Shown: positions 7,994 through 15,686 of the stretch, piece after piece
Position numbering within the stretch: position 1 is the stretch's first letter
How the letters are laid out: each line of letters begins with the position of its first letter
Assembly: GCA_035286125.1 (NCBI GenBank)
Contig: JAYKIS010000013.1
Coordinates: forward strand, 5,451-69,450
Length of the DNA: 64,000 nucleotides
Direction of reading: 5' to 3'
Origin: Candidatus Sericytochromatia bacterium
GTDB lineage: Bacteria; Cyanobacteriota; Sericytochromatia; S15B-MN24; VGJW01
Made by a program: the position numbers and the translations under genes
Notes under the pieces: model-generated
Told to the model about the DNA's origin: nothing
Database searches by the model: none
Seen by the model: the letters and a program-made list of their open reading frames with translations, nothing else

Positions 7994-9417
7994 TAGCGCT
8001 CCAGCACGCGCAGCAGGCTCAGCGCCTGGAAGGCGACGAAGCCGGCGGCGAGCCATCCGGCCACGAGCCCCCGGCGTTCCGGACGGGCCAGGCCCAGGCA
8101 ACCGACGAACGCAATCAGCAAGTGCGGCAACACCACGGGCAACAGGTAGCGTCCCTGCAGCATCGGGATGCCCGTGCCGCGCACCACCTGGTACTCGGCG
8201 GCATAAAGCGCGGCCAGGAACCCGGCCGTCAGCACGAGGCAGGCTGCCAGCATCGCGCGCTGCGCGGCCGTGCCCCGGCGGGCGAGGCGCCACGCCCCGA
8301 AGGCCCCGACCCACATGAAGGCCTCGGCGATGCGGTAGGCCAGATCGTGGGTCCGGGTGTCCAACCAGCCGAAAGTGCCCCAGTACTGCTCGACCCACAA
8401 CGTGTGCGTGCGCGACAGGCCGGGCTGCAGGACGTGTTCGGCAAGATAGCGGGGCAAGGTTGTCATGGGCGTCGGCGATAGCCCACCCAGGGCCGGCAGC
8501 GTGGTGCCGTAGGCCTGCTGCAAGTACCCGAGCCAGGGGGCGACAAGCAATGCGGTGCCGGCGGCCGCGCCACCCATCACGCGGAACCACGAGCCCGGGG
8601 AGCGTCCGAGATGCCATGCGAAGCCCGCTGTCACGAGGGGGATGAAGGGGGCGAGGACCATGCCCTGGGGCTTGGTCAGCCACGCGATGCCGAGGCAGAG
8701 TCCCATCCCGAGTCCCGTGGCAACGCCCGGTTCGACGCGCCATGAACGCAACAGCAACCAGGCGAGGCCGCTTGCCGCCGCGACGAGCATGGCGTCGTTG
8801 TTGACCGAGACGCCCATCATCGACAACATCGGCTGGCTGCCGACGATCAGGGCGAAGGCCGCACGGATGAACGACTGGCGCCAGACCTCGGCAGCCAGCA
8901 GCCAGGCCATCAGGACCGTCAGCAGCACGAACACGGTCGACAGCGCCCGCACGGCAAAGACACGCGTCAGGATGTCGGCGTTCCCGAAGACCCGGTATAC
9001 GCCGGCGGCGAGGCCATAGTAGGCGGGCGGGTAGGGGGCGGCTGTCGAGTTGCCGTCATTCAGGCGATCGAGCGGGGGCGACTGCGCCAGCCGCTCCTCC
9101 CCGGGACCCATTGCCGACGAGCCCGTTACGGGCCGGTGATCGGCGTGGAAGGCCGCGTCGTTGAGGTGGGCCTCGCGTTCGGTGTAGGCCACTTCGGGCG
9201 ACGACACGTTCGTGGGGCGGCTGCGGTCGAAGCGGGGCAGGCGGCCCGTCTCGGCCAGGTATTGGACGTAATGGAAGTGGGCCGGTTCGTCCGGCGATTG
9301 CCACAGTGGCAGGGCTGCCAGCCAGGCCATCTGCTGGATCAGCACGAAGGCCAGCACGACGACCAGCCAGCCGGTCGGGTGCCGGACGGCGGAGGCCATC
9401 GGGGTCGGGGCGTGCAT
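7984..9417 (-). CDS. polytopic membrane protein, DUF2142 / GT-C-like putative glycosyltransferase
   Basis: 477 aa with more than 10 hydrophobic segments. The early loop motif QSPDEPAHFHYVQYL (DE..H) is typical of DUF2142/ArnT-PMT-like enzymes. It lies in the same operon as GT2, DUF2304 and the flippase-like gene. Confidence 0.75.
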   Translation of the reverse strand: MHAPTPMASAVRHPTGWLVVVLAFVLIQQMAWLAALPLWQSPDEPAHFHYVQYLAETGRLPRFDRSRPTNVSSPEVAYTEREAHLNDAAFHADHRPVTGSSAMGPGEERLAQSPPLDRLNDGNSTAAPYPPAYYGLAAGVYRVFGNADILTRVFAVRALSTVFVLLTVLMAWLLAAEVWRQSFIRAAFALIVGSQPMLSMMGVSVNNDAMLVAAASGLAWLLLRSWRVEPGVATGLGMGLCLGIAWLTKPQGMVLAPFIPLVTAGFAWHLGRSPGSWFRVMGGAAAGTALLVAPWLGYLQQAYGTTLPALGGLSPTPMTTLPRYLAEHVLQPGLSRTHTLWVEQYWGTFGWLDTRTHDLAYRIAEAFMWVGAFGAWRLARRGTAAQRAMLAACLVLTAGFLAALYAAEYQVVRGTGIPMLQGRYLLPVVLPHLLIAFVGCLGLARPERRGLVAGWLAAGFVAFQALSLLRVLERYYA

Positions 9418-9461
9418 CCGCCTGCAACCGTACCACGGCCGCCCGCGCGCCCGCGCGGCGT

Positions 9462-9491
9462 TTGCCCGGCCCCTGCAGCGGCTGGTATCCT
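9462..9491 (+). promoter_or_regulatory. candidate sigma70-type promoter for wzm-wzt
   Basis: Lies in the divergent intergenic region 9418-9539. TTGCCC (9462-9467), 18-nt spacer, TGgTATCCT (extended -10-like, hexamer at 9486-9491). Matches are partial and the call is weak. Confidence 0.25.
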
Positions 9492-9539
9492 AGAACTCCG
9501 GTCTTTCCCTCATACCCTTGTTCTGTTCCGGATGTTTCC

Positions 9540-10310
9540 TTGACGACACGTCCCTGGCTGGCCTACCGGGAAATGTTCCTGGGCCTTGTCGAGCGCGAGG
9601 TTCGTGCCCGCTACCGGGGCTCGTTCCTCGGCTTCCTGTGGAGCCTGCTCAATCCCCTGCTGCTGATGGGCATCTATTCGCTCGTCTTCTCGGTTTTCAT
9701 GCGCATCCAGGTGCCGCACTACGCCCTGATGCTCTTCACGGGCCTGTTGCCCTGGACCTGGTTTTCGACCTCCCTTGCCAACGGTACGGCCAGCATCACG
9801 GCCAATGCCAACCTCATCAAGAAGGTCTATTTCCCGCTCGAGATCCTGCCACTTGTCTCCGTGTCGACCAACTGGGTCAACTTTCTCTTCTCGCTGCCCG
9901 TCCTCGGTCTGTTCCTGGCGTGGGAAGGCCTGGGGCCGGGATGGGCAATCCTGGGCCTGCCCTTGCTTATGGCGCTGCAGTTCTTGCTGACGCTGGGCGT
10001 CAATCTGTTCCTCGCGACGCTCAATGCCTTTTACAAGGATGTGGAGCAACTGCTGGGGCCCGTGCTTATGGCGTGGTTCTACCTCACGCCAGTGGTATAT
10101 CCCCTGTCGATGCTGCCATCGGATTATGCGTGGCTGATCCATGTCAATCCGATGGCGCCGCTGGTCTCCGCTTACCAGGACCTGTTCCTGAAGGGGCAAT
10201 GGCCCGGCTCGCCTGCCTTGGCCCTCGCGGCCCTCGAGACCATCGTGATTGTGCTGCTCGGATGGCTTTTCTTCCGACGCCGCAAGTTCATCTTTGCGGA
10301 GGTCGTCTGA
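9540..10310 (+). CDS. wzm: ABC-2 type polysaccharide export permease (Wzm/TagG-like)
   Basis: Motifs: WLAYREMFLGLVEREVRARYRGSFLGFLWSLLNPLL and ANLIKKVYFPLEILP, with 6 TM segments. TTG at 9540 is the only in-frame start that keeps the conserved N-terminal helix and lies downstream of the divergent gene. The track start at 9306 overlaps the divergent gene and was rejected. ATG 9573 is an alternative. Confidence 0.85.
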   Translation: MTTRPWLAYREMFLGLVEREVRARYRGSFLGFLWSLLNPLLLMGIYSLVFSVFMRIQVPHYALMLFTGLLPWTWFSTSLANGTASITANANLIKKVYFPLEILPLVSVSTNWVNFLFSLPVLGLFLAWEGLGPGWAILGLPLLMALQFLLTLGVNLFLATLNAFYKDVEQLLGPVLMAWFYLTPVVYPLSMLPSDYAWLIHVNPMAPLVSAYQDLFLKGQWPGSPALALAALETIVIVLLGWLFFRRRKFIFAEVV

Positions 10311-11080
10311 TGGCGGTGACGGCCACGACGGACATCGGCAGCGTGGAGGTTCGCGGCGTCTGGAAGGAGTATGCGCTGGCCAGCCAGCGGCCTCGGACGC
10401 TCAAGGAGGCCGTGGTCGAGGCTTTGCGTGGACGACTGCCGGAGCGGCCGCGCACATGGGCGCTTCAGGACGTCGGTTTCCGTATCGAACCCGGCGAGAG
10501 CTTCGGGATCATCGGGACCAACGGGTCGGGCAAGAGTACCCTGCTCAAGTTGCTGACGGGCATCAGCAAGCCCACCCGCGGCACCGTCGATGTGCACGGC
10601 AAGGTGTCCGCGTTGCTCGAGTTGGGCGCGGGCTTCCATCCTGACTTCAGCGGCCGCGAGAACACCTTTCTCAATGGCGCCATCCTCGGCCTCAGCCGCA
10701 AGGAGGTGGCCGAGCGCTATGACCGCATCGTCGCCTTTGCCGAACTGGCCGACCACATCGATCAGCCGGTCAAGACCTATTCGAGCGGGATGTACATGAG
10801 GCTTGCCTTCTCTATCGCGGTGCACGTGGAACCCGAGATCCTCATCATTGACGAGGTGCTTGCGGTCGGCGACGCCGCCTTCCAGAAGAAGTGCATCGAG
10901 CGCATCCGTGGCTTCCGTCGCGAGGGCCGGACCATCATCTTCGTGTCTCACAGCCACGGTCAGGTGGCCGAGCTCTGCAGTCGGGCGGCCTGGATCGATA
11001 GTGGCGTCCTGCGTGCGGTCGGGCCTTGCGAGGACGTGCTGGCCCAGTACGAGGCCCATCTGGCCGGGACCGGGGTGTGA
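10310..11080 (+). CDS. wzt: ABC polysaccharide export ATP-binding protein (Wzt/TagH-like, NBD only)
   Basis: Begins at ATG 10310 (MAVTATTD) in an ATGA overlap with the wzm stop. Walker A GTNGSGKST, signature YSSGMYMRLAF, Walker B ILIIDEVLAVGD, H-loop FVSHS. At 256 aa it has no C-terminal carbohydrate-binding extension. Confidence 0.92.
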   Translation: MAVTATTDIGSVEVRGVWKEYALASQRPRTLKEAVVEALRGRLPERPRTWALQDVGFRIEPGESFGIIGTNGSGKSTLLKLLTGISKPTRGTVDVHGKVSALLELGAGFHPDFSGRENTFLNGAILGLSRKEVAERYDRIVAFAELADHIDQPVKTYSSGMYMRLAFSIAVHVEPEILIIDEVLAVGDAAFQKKCIERIRGFRREGRTIIFVSHSHGQVAELCSRAAWIDSGVLRAVGPCEDVLAQYEAHLAGTGV

Positions 11081-11084
11081 CACC

Positions 11085-12509
11085 TTGACCCGAGTCCTCG
11101 TCATCACGCATGAGCGGATCGGTCCGGCGATGGCCGGACCGGGCATCCGGGCCTGCGAACTTGCCCGGCAGCTCCACGCGACCTGTTCCGTGACGCTCGT
11201 GACGATGCTGCCGCTCGGCGCGCCAGTCGACGCGGGATTTCCTGTCCTTTCATGCGCAGAGGACCATCACCACCTCTTCCGACTGGCTGCCGAGGCGGAT
11301 GTCCTGGTGTTGCAGGGCCTGATGCTCCGGCGGTTCCCGCGCCTGGGGCAGCTGGGCAAGCGGCTGGTGATGGACATGTACGATCCGTTCGTCTTCGAGG
11401 CCTATCCCCAGCTGGATCTGACTTCTGCCGAGGGGCGCGCCCAACTGGTCGAGTTGTGGGACATCCAGAACGAGCAGATGGACCAGGCCGACTTCTTCAT
11501 CTGTGCCTCGGAGCGTCAACGGGACATGTATCTGGGGCGCTTCTGCGCCCTCGGTCGCCTGACGCCCGAGTTGTCGGGTCGTGATCCTTCCTTTCGCTCG
11601 CTGATCGACGTCGTGCCCTTCGGCGTGCAGGACCTGCCCCCCGTTCCCTCCGGACAGCCGGTCCTGCGGGGCGTGGTGCCCGGCATCGGCAACGACGACA
11701 CCCTCCTGCTCTGGGGCGGCGGCATCTGGGACTGGTTCGATCCGTTGACGGTGATCCGGGCCGTGGCGGAAGTGGCCCGTACGCGCTCCGACGTGAAGCT
11801 GGTCTTCCTCGGAACCAGACCGCCGAATCCCGAGCTGGCCGAGATGTCGATGACTGCGAGGGCGCGTGCGCTCTCGGATGAACTGGGCCTGACGGGGAGC
11901 CACGTCTTCTTCAACGAGGGTTGGGTGCCCTACGCTCGCCGGCAGGATTATCTGCTTGAGTCGGACCTGGGCATTTCGAGCCACTTCGATGCCCTCGAGA
12001 CCCGCTTTGCCTTCAGGACGCGGGTTCTGGATTATTTCTGGGCGGGTCTGCCTGTCCTGACGACAGAGGGCGACAGCATGGCCGAACAGGTCGAGAGACT
12101 GGGCCTCGGACGCGTCTTGCCCTATGGTTCCGTCGAGGCTTGGACAGAAGTGATCACGGAGATGGCCGAGGACCGCGCTGCACGGGCCGATATCCGGTCC
12201 CGCGTGGTGGCCCATCGCGAGGCGCTGCGCTGGTCCGTCGTCGCGCGGCCCCTTGTGGCCTATTGCCGGGCACCGTGGACCACCCCGCGTCCCGTCTGGT
12301 CGGTTTCCGGGGCCTACGCCCACAAGTTCCGTCCGGCGTGGTCCAGGGCGTGGACCCGTATCGTCCGTGCCTGGCGCGAGGGCGGTCCGCGCCTGCTGGT
12401 CCGCAAGTCGGCAGGTTACGTTCTCCGGCGCTTGCCGGTCGCCTGCTTGGGCTATGCGAAGGTGATCCCTGGTGTGATGCCAATGTTTGATGGCATGAGG
12501 TGGACGTGA
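11085..12509 (+). CDS. glycosyltransferase, GT-B / group-1-like (paralog of 3252-4538)
   Basis: Starts at TTG 11085 (LTRVLVITHERIGPAMAGPGIRACELARQL), which mirrors VTRLLVATDG... of the paralog. The upstream part of the track ORF is a shadow frame of wzt. The last ~13 codons (VMPMFDGMRWT) become AT-rich at the border of the low-GC island. Confidence 0.8.
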   Translation: MTRVLVITHERIGPAMAGPGIRACELARQLHATCSVTLVTMLPLGAPVDAGFPVLSCAEDHHHLFRLAAEADVLVLQGLMLRRFPRLGQLGKRLVMDMYDPFVFEAYPQLDLTSAEGRAQLVELWDIQNEQMDQADFFICASERQRDMYLGRFCALGRLTPELSGRDPSFRSLIDVVPFGVQDLPPVPSGQPVLRGVVPGIGNDDTLLLWGGGIWDWFDPLTVIRAVAEVARTRSDVKLVFLGTRPPNPELAEMSMTARARALSDELGLTGSHVFFNEGWVPYARRQDYLLESDLGISSHFDALETRFAFRTRVLDYFWAGLPVLTTEGDSMAEQVERLGLGRVLPYGSVEAWTEVITEMAEDRAARADIRSRVVAHREALRWSVVARPLVAYCRAPWTTPRPVWSVSGAYAHKFRPAWSRAWTRIVRAWREGGPRLLVRKSAGYVLRRLPVACLGYAKVIPGVMPMFDGMRWT

Positions 12510-12569
12510 TTATTTTATGTCGGCAGTGTGTGTCGCTGATTGATATTGATATTCCTTAAGGGTATTTGG

Positions 12570-13604
12570 ATGCAAGTAGAACGACAAAATAATTTCGATG
12601 CTTTGCGAATTTTTGCCGCATTGATGGTGCTTTATGGGCATTCCTTTGCGCTCGCCGGGGAGTTATCGCCTGGGCTAATGGGTAATAGTGTTCAGGCTTT
12701 GGGTGTGAAAGTTTTTTTCGCGATTAGTGGGTTTTTGATCGCTGGTAGCTGGAAGAGGGATTCGAACCCGTTGAGATTTTTTTGGCGCCGATCTCTACGT
12801 ATATTCCCAGCTTTATGGATAGTTGTTTTGGCGTCCACGTTTTTGCTTGGTCCTATGTTTACAAGCTTGGATTTTAGTTCCTATTTTAGCAGCGATCTAA
12901 TTGTTTCTTATCTAATGAACGCAATTTTTGTTATTTCGTTCTCTCTTCCAGGGGTATTTGAGGGAAATAAATATCCTTTGGCGGTAAATGGAAGTTTATG
13001 GAGTCTTCCTGCTGAATTTGCAATGTATATCTTGACACCTTTTATTGTTTTACTTGGAAAAAATCGATATTTCGCTATTTCTGTTGCATCTATAGTTTCT
13101 ATTGGCGGTGCTTTAGTTGTTTCGGTGCCACACGGCAATTCTTTGGTTTTTTGGGGCAATAGTCTTTATTCGCTTGCTGAAGTTGCGCCATTTTTTGTTT
13201 CTGGCGCATTTATTGCTCTTGGAGGATTTGGTAGGCCGAACCTTCAGCTGGGGGTCGCTCTTTTTGCGATCATTATTAGTATTAAGTTTGATGTCGCTGC
13301 TCAGCAATTTTTTCTTGGGATGATTCTTCCGTATTTTGTATTGTCAATTGCGCTGGTTGATAGTCCGCTATTTTCCGGTGTTTCAAGGTACGGTGATTTG
13401 TCATATGGGATATATTTATACGGTTTTCCTGTGCAGCAGGCAGTAAGTCATATTTTTGGGGAAGATGTTCGTCAATGGCATTTGTTTTGGATTGCCTGTC
13501 CGGTTGTTTTCTTTTTGTCATTGGCTTCGTGGCATTTTATTGAAAAACGCGCGCTTAAGTTGAAGGATTTTAATTCTGTTTCCGTTTTTGGATTTTCTCG
13601 GTAG
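12570..13604 (+). CDS. acyltransferase family 3 membrane protein (OafA/YrhL-type O-acetyltransferase)
   Basis: MQVERQNNFDALRIFAALMVLYGHSF carries the AT3 signature. About 10 TM helices follow, and the protein ends ...SWHFIEKRALKLK. ATG 12570 follows aaggg. The gene is strikingly AT-rich (19/60 G+C at 12541-12600, 27/60 at 13081-13140) against 42/60 in the flank. Confidence 0.88.
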   Translation: MQVERQNNFDALRIFAALMVLYGHSFALAGELSPGLMGNSVQALGVKVFFAISGFLIAGSWKRDSNPLRFFWRRSLRIFPALWIVVLASTFLLGPMFTSLDFSSYFSSDLIVSYLMNAIFVISFSLPGVFEGNKYPLAVNGSLWSLPAEFAMYILTPFIVLLGKNRYFAISVASIVSIGGALVVSVPHGNSLVFWGNSLYSLAEVAPFFVSGAFIALGGFGRPNLQLGVALFAIIISIKFDVAAQQFFLGMILPYFVLSIALVDSPLFSGVSRYGDLSYGIYLYGFPVQQAVSHIFGEDVRQWHLFWIACPVVFFLSLASWHFIEKRALKLKDFNSVSVFGFSR

Positions 13605-13677
13605 GTTTTTATTGTGTATAGTGCAATGAAATTAAAGGTGGCGAAATGTTTGCCGGAATTGTTATTAGCTGTGCCAA

Positions 13678-14601
13678 GTGATGGAATTAACGCGCATGTT
13701 GTCCCTTGAAGCCGGGTCAGCCGGGGCGATCCTCGGTCGCCATGTCGTGGTGGCTTCCGTGGTGCTCTACCGGACGCCCATGGAACTCCTGAGGCCTTGC
13801 CTGCAATCCTTGGCGCGGCAACATCTTTCCGGCGACGTCCGTCTCTACCTGGCTTTCATGGACAACGACGGCGGGTCCAGCCTGGCAGGACTCGACGGTT
13901 TGCTCGAGGACCTCGGGCTCACGGGCAAGGTCCTGGTGCGTCTCTCCGGCGAGAATGTCGGCTTTGGCCGTGCCCACAACGCTCTGTTCAAGGCCTGCGG
14001 CAGCTTGATGGGAGATCGTGCATGGCTGCATCTTTGCGTGAATCCCGACAGCGTCTATCATCACCGGGCCGTTGGCGCGATGGTGGACTTTGCGGCATCC
14101 CGGGACTTCCGTGGCTTGTTCGAGGCCCGGCAATTCCCGCGGGAGCATCCCAAGCCCTATGACGAGCAGGACTTCCGGACGCCCTGGTGCAGTGGTTGTG
14201 CCCTGATGGTGCCCAGTGCCGTCTATGATTCGCTGGGAGGCTTCAGCGACGACTTCTTCATGTACTGCGAGGATGTGGACCTGAGCTGGCGTGCACGACT
14301 GGCGGGCCTCGACTGCTATGTCGTGCCTGCCGCCATCGTGCATCACGACGTCACGCGCAAGGAGCGCGACGATGCCTTCGAGCGCAAGCACCTGCTCATC
14401 TCGGGCTACAAGATTGCCCGGCGTTTCGGCAACGCCGAGTTCGGCCAGGTCATGCTGGATACGGCTGGACAGGTCCTTCAGCCGGACGAGATGCGGCGGC
14501 TCGAGCGCTGGGGTCGCGAGGCCAAGGTGCTGCCGGAGGCCGCTGGGCAAGACTTCGCCGACTTTGCCCACGGCTTCCATTTTTCGAAAGGTCGCTGGTG
14601 A
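13678..14601 (+). CDS. glycosyltransferase family 2
   Basis: 307 aa. Motifs: VVASVVLYRTP, AFMDNDGGS, NVGFGRAHNALF, FFMYCEDVDLSWRARLAG. The start is GTG 13678 or ATG 13681. ATG 13696 is also possible because the first codons lie in the AT-rich border. Confidence 0.85.
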   Translation: MMELTRMLSLEAGSAGAILGRHVVVASVVLYRTPMELLRPCLQSLARQHLSGDVRLYLAFMDNDGGSSLAGLDGLLEDLGLTGKVLVRLSGENVGFGRAHNALFKACGSLMGDRAWLHLCVNPDSVYHHRAVGAMVDFAASRDFRGLFEARQFPREHPKPYDEQDFRTPWCSGCALMVPSAVYDSLGGFSDDFFMYCEDVDLSWRARLAGLDCYVVPAAIVHHDVTRKERDDAFERKHLLISGYKIARRFGNAEFGQVMLDTAGQVLQPDEMRRLERWGREAKVLPEAAGQDFADFAHGFHFSKGRW

Positions 14602-15668
14602 TCGCCTTGACCGGATCCATACTGCCTGTTCCCGGCCTCCTGTCGGTTGTCATCCGTTCGATCCCGGGCCGCACCGCCTATCTTGATGCTGCCCTGTTCA
14701 GTCTCCAGTGCCAGGACTACAAGCCTTTCGAAGTGCTGGTCGTCTACCAGGGGCCATCCGGTGCGAGCCAGGACCAGTTGACCGGGCTTCTGGACGAGTA
14801 TCGGGCGGTAGGCATGGAGGTCCGGATGGTTGTCAACCCTGCCAGCGAGGACCAGCGAAGCCGCAACCTGAACCTCGGGCTTATGGCGGCATCCGGCCAG
14901 TATGTCGCGTTTCTGGACGATGATGATGTCGTCTATGCACGTCATTACGTGAATCTCGTCGAGGCGATCAGGAAGTCGGGCTGCGCGTGGTCCTACGCGA
15001 ACACCTATCAGGCCAACATGAGGGTGGCTGCGGACGGTAGCCTTTACGTCGCCTCCTACTCCCAGCCGTTCGAGAAGCCTGCCTACAGTTTCATCGACCA
15101 CTATCTGGCCAATTTCATTCCCATTCACTCATTCTGTGTCGACAGGGCGACCGAGGTCGGTGCCGCGCTGACTTTCGACGAGTCAATGATCCGGGCCGAG
15201 GACTATGACGCCTTGCTCCGTCTGGCCAGCCAGAGCAAGCCCGCCTTCTCGCCGGAATTTACGTGCGAGTACCGGATACGATTGGATGGCTCCAATACGG
15301 TTCTTGATGGCACGCTCGACGTTGGAGATCTCCGCATCAAGTCCCGCCCCTGGGAGGAAGCTCAGCACCAGATCGAACGTACACGGCAGCGATTGGACCT
15401 TGCCATCTGGAATCAGGATATCTTTGCCGAGATCGCAAGGCTCAGAGGTGAAGTTCATCGCCTCACATTGCTCGTCAACGACTATGGCGGTGTGCAGAGT
15501 GAATCCAAGCCCCTGCGCTACCGATTGTCCGACAAGGTCAACAGCGTACTCAAGCGGTTGCCCTTGGCCCACAAGGGCATGCGTCGCCTCGGGATTCGCA
15601 TGGATCGGGTCCTCGAGTCGCTGCGCCGCCAGGTCATAGCTCGGCGTCATCGTTCGGCCGGCGCCTAG
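14598..15668 (+). CDS. glycosyltransferase family 2 with a C-terminal coiled-coil extension
   Basis: GTG start in a GTGA overlap with the upstream stop. Motifs: LSVVIRSIPGR, YVAFLDDDDVVY (DxD), IRAEDYDALLRLA. The last ~110 aa are helical and heptad-like (EEAQHQIERTRQRLDLAIWNQDIFAEIARLRGEVHRL). Confidence 0.85.
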   Translation: MIALTGSILPVPGLLSVVIRSIPGRTAYLDAALFSLQCQDYKPFEVLVVYQGPSGASQDQLTGLLDEYRAVGMEVRMVVNPASEDQRSRNLNLGLMAASGQYVAFLDDDDVVYARHYVNLVEAIRKSGCAWSYANTYQANMRVAADGSLYVASYSQPFEKPAYSFIDHYLANFIPIHSFCVDRATEVGAALTFDESMIRAEDYDALLRLASQSKPAFSPEFTCEYRIRLDGSNTVLDGTLDVGDLRIKSRPWEEAQHQIERTRQRLDLAIWNQDIFAEIARLRGEVHRLTLLVNDYGGVQSESKPLRYRLSDKVNSVLKRLPLAHKGMRRLGIRMDRVLESLRRQVIARRHRSAGA

Positions 15669-15686
15669 CCGCCGCTCTCCTCGTCG

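Noticed and set aside
9484-9491. Shared heptamer GTATCCT in two divergent glycan-locus promoter regions (9485-9491 and 61762-61768), considered as a common regulatory or -10 box.
   Set aside because: Seven nucleotides is too short to be significant in 128 kb of two-strand sequence. The flanking positions differ and the TG spacing is not the same.
12540-12551. Tandem TTGATA TTGATA just upstream of the acyltransferase gene, considered as a promoter -35 or an insertion-site duplication.
   Set aside because: A -10 at the proper spacing would sit only 2 nt before the ATG. No matching copy exists at the right border of the island.
12747-12774. Minus-strand GGGTTCGAATCCC (a tRNA T-loop consensus) followed by ...CTACCA, inside the AT-rich acyltransferase gene. 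It could have been a tRNA fragment marking an integration site.
   Set aside because: Only 3 bp of T-stem can pair. No anticodon or D arm can be folded from the adjoining sequence, and the acceptor/CCA register does not fit. The bases are in frame within conserved coding sequence (SWKRDSNPLRFFW).
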